Position numbers and translations under genes: made by a program. Of a DNA stretch of 64,000 bases, positions 63,135 to 64,000 are shown piece after piece (position 1 is the first letter of the stretch; every line of letters starts with the position of its first letter). The notes beneath the pieces are model-generated. The model did no database searches, was not told where the DNA came from, and worked only from the letters and a program-made list of their open reading frames with translations. This stretch comes from Octopus vulgaris. Its lineage: Eukaryota. The stretch spans positions 20,150,001 to 20,214,000 of the forward strand of contig OX597827.1 of assembly GCA_951406725.2 (NCBI GenBank), written 5' to 3'.

Positions 63135-64000
63135 AGAATTGTGGCTTCAATGAAGTAACTGAAGTTGCATGAAGTGGATTTAATTTTGCAATTATTATAG
63201 AATTGGTGAAGAAGTTTGAATAAATGTTGAAATTGTTACAGAGTTAGAATAATTAAAATAATCTACATACTTACACACAGCACATAACTAATTAACAAAT
63301 GAGTATATGGCTCAATTATAATGATAGTAGCAGAGAATTGCTAATGGGATGACTATTGTATATGACCTGTTTAAGCAATGGATGATAGTCATTAAGTGAA
63401 TCCTAAAGGAGTTGAGGTGTGGTCACCCATGGGAACTTTTGTGTACTGTTGCTGTTGAGTGAAGGGCAATACAATTTGGCAATGAATTTAAATTAAAAGA
63501 AGCTGGTATGAACTTAAATATAATGAGTGGTTCAATGGACTACTCAGATGGATTGCCAGAGAGCCACTCCACAGTTCCACTCTTTCTTGCAGATAAGTAT
63601 GCTACTGCTTCTAGTTTCTCTATTTTTGAAGCCACCCCCAATAACCTCTGTTCCTAAGAGCTGACCGTTTCCACACCATCTTCACTCAGGGACTCTAAAA
63701 CCTAACTTATCTTTCCTCCTCCTCCCCATCATTCACAATGTTCCAAGCATCCTCCTCCCCTTCTCAGTATATCCCATCCTTCACCTTGGGACATTCACTC
63801 TCTGGAATTCCCTCCACCTGGCACCAACAGGAGTGCTTCTTATGTAGCACTGGCACAGGACTCTTGCAGGCCAATCCTCTTCACCAGGTTGAGTGGCCTC
63901 TTCACTTCTGCTGTGGATCATAGGTCTTCTTGAGTACAGCAAGACGCCAGGCATCTCAGTCCAGAGACATCATCATCATTTTAATGTCTGTTTTCCATGC

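Overview
AT-rich, repeat-dense animal genomic DNA. The SINE and microsatellite content suggests a coleoid cephalopod (Octopus-like); that assignment is inference from recalled repeat families, not from a search. No intact host protein-coding exon is recognisable, and nearly all long ORFs in the track are microsatellite or repeat artefacts. A CpG-rich promoter/first exon at about 24.9-25.2 kb (+ strand; octamer motif, TCAGT initiator-like site, GTAAGT donor) appears to open a very long intron, with a candidate 21-nt microexon at 38.0 kb and a possible alternative first exon near 56.8 kb. Mobile DNA dominates: several SINE families (about 35 copies, some with clear TSDs), three RTE LINE fragments (one with a PHD-like finger inside the RT), an RTE 3' end with three C2H2 fingers, a CR1 3' end, two maT/Tc1-mariner relics, four Merlin-like MITEs with 8-bp TSDs and internal CCCTAA repeats, and piggyBac-like MITEs. 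The most interesting structure is a head-to-head inverted Penelope-like (GIY-YIG) relic at 35.0-36.6 kb that ends in a type I hammerhead ribozyme. Two small foldback elements at 47.6 and 48.1 kb appear to be built from decayed hammerheads.
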